Positions 58,476-64,000 of a DNA stretch of 64,000 bases are shown here, in pieces. The DNA is from Octopus vulgaris (taxonomy: Eukaryota): positions 19,654,001 through 19,718,000 of the forward strand of contig OX597826.1 in the NCBI GenBank assembly GCA_951406725.2, in the 5' to 3' direction. The stretch's first letter is position 1. Each line of letters starts with the position of its first letter. Made by a program: the position numbers and the translations under genes. Below the pieces are notes generated by a model, which saw nothing but the letters and a program-made list of their open reading frames with translations, was not told the DNA's origin and made no database searches.

Positions 58476-58521
58476 CCACCTGATGAATGTCCTTAGAAGA
58501 GACACGAAACAATTGTAGTGG
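58476..58521 (+). ncRNA. Type-I minimal hammerhead ribozyme
   Basis: ccac CTGATGA a-tgtc-cttagaaga-gaca-c GAAA caattg TA gtgg; palindromic stem III. First stem II pair is an A-C mismatch. Confidence 0.83.
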
Positions 58522-58702
58522 CGAATTTAATTTTATTTAATTTATATAAAATTTTTTATGTATTGGATTAAGTCTTTCTTTGTTTGATTTGCATAATAGT
58601 GGTTTTGCCTCTAATTAATATTATATAATATTTTACTATAAAATTGGATTCAATCCTAAATCTGATTTTTCCCTGTAAATTTGGATTTATTCCCTAATAT
58701 TT

Positions 58703-58747
<45 letters not shown>

Positions 58748-58805
58748 AAAAATTGAAAAGGAGAGAAATGCTCAAGATGTTATTAAATCATTTATATCTT
58801 CGTAT

Positions 58806-58890
58806 CTCCTACACATGTTTTGATGGATGTATTCAAAATACGTTTGCCCGGATGAGTAATGGTCAACTATGCATCAATCTCATCAGGGAG
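58806..58890 (-). ncRNA. Degenerate hammerhead with long stem II (G12 mutated to A)
   Basis: Reverse strand: ctcc CTGATGA gattgatgcat...atacatccatc AAAA catgtg TA ggag. Confidence 0.6.
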
Positions 58891-58967
58891 CATATAAACA
58901 CCAGTACTCATCAAATAGACATTTTAACAAATATAGGAAACCCCAGAAAATGTGACGTATATATATG

Positions 58968-58989
<22 letters not shown>

Positions 58990-59003
<14 letters not shown>

Positions 59004-59646
59004 TGCAACATTTGATAATTCCATATGGTAAGCAGATCAAACCCAACCTCCCTTACCAGTTTTGTGAAGCAATAAGAATTTCCCCAAAAATTCAAGATAC
59101 TAGTCTATTATCAATTCACACCAAATCAGAATAGGGTTTTCAAACACAAAAACCTTTCACAAATCGTCTCTTTCCATAACAATAAGTTGTTAACTACAAA
59201 TCCACTTAATAATATCAATGTTATTTTCATTAACACCAACCATTCTTTGAACAATAATAACAACAATATTAGTATTTCTGACATAAATTCCATTCGCATT
59301 TGTTTCCTTACCAGTAATACTAAGATTAGAAACTCTGTTTATCAATGTAAAATTACTTCCAGTTCTGACGTCTTTTTTTACTTAGGTAGTTCTTCATCTC
59401 AGTTGTTCAAAAGAATATCTAACTATTACTCTACATTTAAACGTATCAATAAACGCAACAATAATGGGCTTAGTAAATTAATTTGGTCTCTGAAGGAACA
59501 TGATAAACAATTTTATTTGAAATGGAATATACCAAATTAGATGGTACTAATTTTTAAAATCTAATTAATGGTGTGGTATTACTGTTATTTTTTACTTATG
59601 CTATACATACATTCATATACATACACATATATATACACACACACAG

Positions 59647-59689
<43 letters not shown>

Positions 59690-60340
59690 TATATCTAGGT
59701 CCTTTCCATATGATAAAGGTAAAACTTCTTGTCTGCTCTGTAACGAAGAACTCTATCTCATCCTGTTTTCAGAGAATTCTCTTGTAAACACATTTAAACA
59801 ACACAGATACCATTGCAAACATTGGCAAAAACATACCTTTAGTTCCTATAAGTAATTTCCCCCAAACTATAAAATCTGAACTTTAACTGAAATGTATCTA
59901 TTTCCATGCCTTTAAGTCATATTCTCATTCATCTATCACACTACATTTCTCCGCTCTTGATTTTCTGCTAATTTCTTTCTTTCTATTCCTCCTCTTTCTC
60001 TAAATTGCATTTCACATTCAATTTATTCACAGTCTTTTTTAAAAAATAACTTCTCAGCATTCCCTGCATCATATATGCAGTAATCACATTCGACTGAAAC
60101 GGCTTATTGATGTCATTTGTTTATCTTATTTTCCCTGATGAGAAGATCGCATTGCTTCACATCATTTTATTCCATCTGGAATAATAACAATGCTTCCTTT
60201 GAAACATATGTAGGAAGTATGAACATTTGAATAACACCTGCGTTTAACTCCATTACTTTTCACCACAATACAAAAATACTTCACTAAATCCTGCAATTTC
60301 TACCTTTGTATAAGGGCTGGGACATCATTTGTACATGTCA
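58990..60340 (+). mobile_element. Old, divergent Hydra-like PLE fragment (linker, GIY-YIG, 3' UTR, HHR)
   Basis: LIIPYGKQIKPN, SVYQCKI...FYLGSS, GLSKLIWSLK, LKWNI, then an insertion at about 59531-59690, then PYDKGKTSCLLCNEE...HCKH*. Confidence 0.78.
60131..60216 (+). ncRNA. Type-I hammerhead ribozyme with 59-nt stem II
   Basis: ttcc CTGATGA gaag-atc-gcattg...ttattcc-atct-ggaataa...caatgc-ttc-cttt GAAA catatg TA ggaa. Confidence 0.85.
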
Positions 60341-60701
60341 AATTTTTCCAAGTACACATACATTTATATATATACTTACATATATATATACACATAGATA
60401 CATATATGTATATATACACACACACATATATATATGTACATATACATATATATATGTATGCAGATACATATATATATGCACATATATATAAGCACACAAA
60501 CACACACATATATATAAATACATATATACATATCTACATATGCACAAACATATATGTATGCACATACATATGCATGCACACATATATATATGCACACATA
60601 TATATGCACATATATATGTATATATACACACATATATATATATATGCATATAAATATATATATATAAGCATACATATATATACACATACATATATATATG
60701 A

Positions 60702-60744
<43 letters not shown>

Positions 60745-60746
60745 TG

Positions 60747-60796
<50 letters not shown>

Positions 60797-60799
<3 letters not shown>

Positions 60800-61611
60800 T
60801 ATAAAATGAGATAGGGGTTGAAAATTCAACCCACCATGGGATAACATATATCCAATATACTGCTAGAGAGGTACCCAACAAGACTAATACATAAATGTTA
60901 AAAATTGCCATGCAATTAATTCATCTACTGTATTATGTGGGCAAAGGTAAAAATATTACCGTAAATTAATACTACAAAATTAGAAAATGGAGAAACATAC
61001 TTAAATCAATCAAACATCAACCATCAGATGATACCCAATCAATACTTTATTACACCATTACATAACAGCAAAGGCATTATACAAAATATATTGTAAATGT
61101 AATTAGACAAGGAAATAGAAATATAAAATATAAAATATAATATATAATTATATCATATCTGACAGCTGTTTCGGCCGTAAGGACAAGTATGCCTCATTTA
61201 ACTTATAAGCCATATAAGGCAGGTATAAATGAGACATTAACAAGGATGTCCCACGGCCTCTTCAGAGAATATAATTTATTATAAGTGAGAAAAAAATTTT
61301 TTTTTTTATACATATAAATATAAAAATATAAAATATAAAAACGTGTGCATAGACACTCATAACACTACACATATATATATACTCATTAATACAATAATAC
61401 AAAATAAACAAAACAAAATATATCAATATATATTAACAAACACAGTTATTCTACATATTGGGCTTCTAGTTCCAAAACTAACCTACAGGAAAATATATGC
61501 ACACTCACATTTAAATTTAAATCAGACATATACATAAAAAATAATAAAAAAACACACAGTTCAGTTCATAAAATTATAAACCTATAAAAGTCAATAAAAA
61601 TTACTATTAAT

Positions 61612-61661
<50 letters not shown>

Positions 61662-62500
61662 CAACCATGTCTGTACCAAGCACATCAGTCGGACATCTAC
61701 ATATCTATAAGTCTGATTCTTCTGTCCGCTTGATATTGATTATTCTAGATTGATTCGATTTGCTTATAGTTTTAAATTTGAATCACAAAAGAAATTTTAC
61801 GGTTAGTTAGTCAAGAAACGCACATACGCACATCCACAGATCAATCGCACATACATACATAATTATATGTATACACACACACATACACATACATATCCAC
61901 AAACACCGTCAAACACATAAATAATTAAATAATAAAAGAGGTATAATCGTAACTATGCAGCCATCAAGCCTCTCCAAAACGACAACAATGCCACTATATT
62001 AACTAAGAAGATCCACTCACATATTTCCATAAAATATTTGTTATAAAGATACATATATTTATATATCAAGACATAGAATGTAATTTTTGGTAGGGTACAC
62101 AAAGCATATGACACCGTTTTTTCTGTGTAGTATTACATAACATAACGTTTACTGATTTCACCGCAATTTGCTATAATCACATGTACGCTAAGTTATAAAG
62201 TATAGATTAAACATTTTTGTTTGACTATCAATAGACATAGAAACATACATATACTAAATTGACATCGGTTTATAGCAATTAAATTATAAGAGATTAATTA
62301 TTAATGAAATTTTTTTCATTATCAGAGCGGGTAGGCCTATTATTAATAACATAAATGAAAAAAATTTCTTTTGCATTCACAAACTACCGTACACTTTCTC
62401 TAGATTTAAATAGAACTTAGCTTTTCTACTAGTAATATTTTAACTCCCTTCTGTATCTAATTATACTAGTAGTCTTCTACAATTTAAAAACATGCAACTT
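60797..62500 (-). mobile_element. Further subfamily of the Hydra-like PLE: terminal region on the minus strand plus inverted EN C-terminus
   Basis: 60797 to about 62200 aligns with 7198 to about 8640. Plus strand 62300-62413 encodes INEIFFIIRAGRPIINNINEKNFFCIHKLPYTFSRFK*. Confidence 0.82.
61155..61272 (-). ncRNA. Type-I hammerhead with extended stem II (diverged homolog of 1938-2053)
   Basis: Reverse strand: atattct CTGAAGA ggccgtgggaca...atgtctcattta...taaatgaggcat...tgtccttacggcc GAAA cagctg TC agatat. Confidence 0.83.
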
Positions 62501-62974
62501 ATAAATTTATACACGCACATACACATACATATCAATATATACACATACATATATATGAACACACATATATATATACATACATATATACACATATGCAGAT
62601 ATACACATATATGTGTATATATATATATATATATACACATATGTGTGTATATATATATATATATATACATACACATATATATATCCACATATATATATAC
62701 TTGTATACATATATATATATATATATACACACATAAATACGTATATATATATATATATATACACACATATATATATATATACATATATATACATGCATAT
62801 ATACATACACATATATACATACATATATATACATACTCATAAACATACACATATATACATACATATATATATATATACATAAATATATATATTCACATAT
62901 ATGCATACATATATATATAAATATACACATATATACATACATATATATCATCATCATCATATATATATATAAAA

Positions 62975-64000
62975 CTCTGTACGTTGACTTGGAGACAGCC
63001 TTTGACAGGGTCCCCCGTTCCCTTATCTGGTGGTCAATGAGGAAACTAGGGATAGATGAATGGTTAGTGAGAGCTGTGCGGGCCATGTACAGGGATGCTG
63101 TTAGTAAGGTGAGGGTTGGCAAGGAGTACAGTGAAGAATTCCGGGTGGAGGTTGGGGTCCACCAAGGCTCAGTCCTCAGCCCCCTCCTATTTATCATAGT
63201 CCTCCAGGCAATAACGGAGGAATTCAAGACAGGATGCCCCTGGGAGCTCCTCTATGCTGATGACCTTGCTCTAATTGCTGAATCACTATCAGAACTCGAG
63301 GAGAAGTTTCAGGCGTGGAAGCAAGGATTAGAATCGAAGGGCCTTAGAGTCAATCTAGCTAAAACCAAAGTCCTAATAAGTAGGAAGGCAGACAAATCTC
63401 AAACGCCTTCAGGTAATTGGCCCTGCTCGATCTGTAGAAAAGGCGTAGGTGGGAACTCTATAATATGCACCAAGTGTAAGCTATGGACACATAAGAGGTG
63501 CAGCAATGTCAAAGGAAGGCTAACTAGGAATATAGTTCTTGTATGTGGCAGATACTCTGGTGCAATAAACACTGAAAATGCGCAGAGATCATCTTCCACC
63601 ACATTCCAGGGAGAAAAACTTGAAATAGTTGATAGTTTCTGTTACCTTGGTGACCAAGTCAGTAGCGGGGGTGGGTGTGCCGAAAGTGTAACTGCTAGAG
63701 TAAGAATAGCCTGGGCAAAGTTCAGAGAGCTCTCACCTCTGCTGGTGACAAAAGGCCTCTCGCTCAGAGTAAAAGGCAGACTGTATGATGCATGTGTGCG
63801 AACAGCCATGCTACATGGAAGTGAAACATGGGCCATGAGGATATGCGTAAGCTCGCAAGAAATGAAGCCAGTATGCTCCAATGGATGTGTAATGTCAGTG
63901 TTCATACCCGACAGATTATAAGTGCCTTGAGAGAAAACTTGGACCTAAGAAGCATCAGATGTGGTGTGCAAGAGAGGCATCTACGCTGGTATGGACACGT
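62975..64000 (+). mobile_element. 5'-truncated RTE-clade LINE with a Cys/His finger inside the RT
   Basis: [41 protein letters not shown], then CSIC...[12 protein letters not shown]...VCGR, then FCYLGD and LHGSETW. Confidence 0.88.

Overview
Very AT-rich eukaryotic DNA, probably cephalopod (octopus-like; inferred from the SINE families and pervasive (TA)n/(TACA)n arrays). Most listed IYIY/CVCV ORFs are microsatellite artefacts. The real content is: (1) a young tandem and inverted insertion of a Penelope-like retroelement (PLE; RT plus C-terminal GIY-YIG, Hydra-clade-like) sitting inside a (TA)n array at 1737-12943, plus several older PLE relics; (2) about 13 type-I hammerhead ribozyme (HHR) motifs read by eye, of which about 8 have the complete canonical core, several with very long stem II inserts and palindromic stem III; two of them delimit exactly one 5634-nt PLE unit; (3) a minus-strand host gene largely missed by the ORF track, with 7 short phase-compatible exons between 57782 and 21173 encoding tandem six-cysteine modules, each from an exon pair; (4) degraded L1/Tx1, CR1-group and RTE LINEs (one RTE family with a PHD-like finger inside the RT and a 63-bp VNTR in its 3' UTR), a Helitron, hAT relics, MITEs and tRNA-derived SINEs. 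All calls are manual, with no database searches or folding software.
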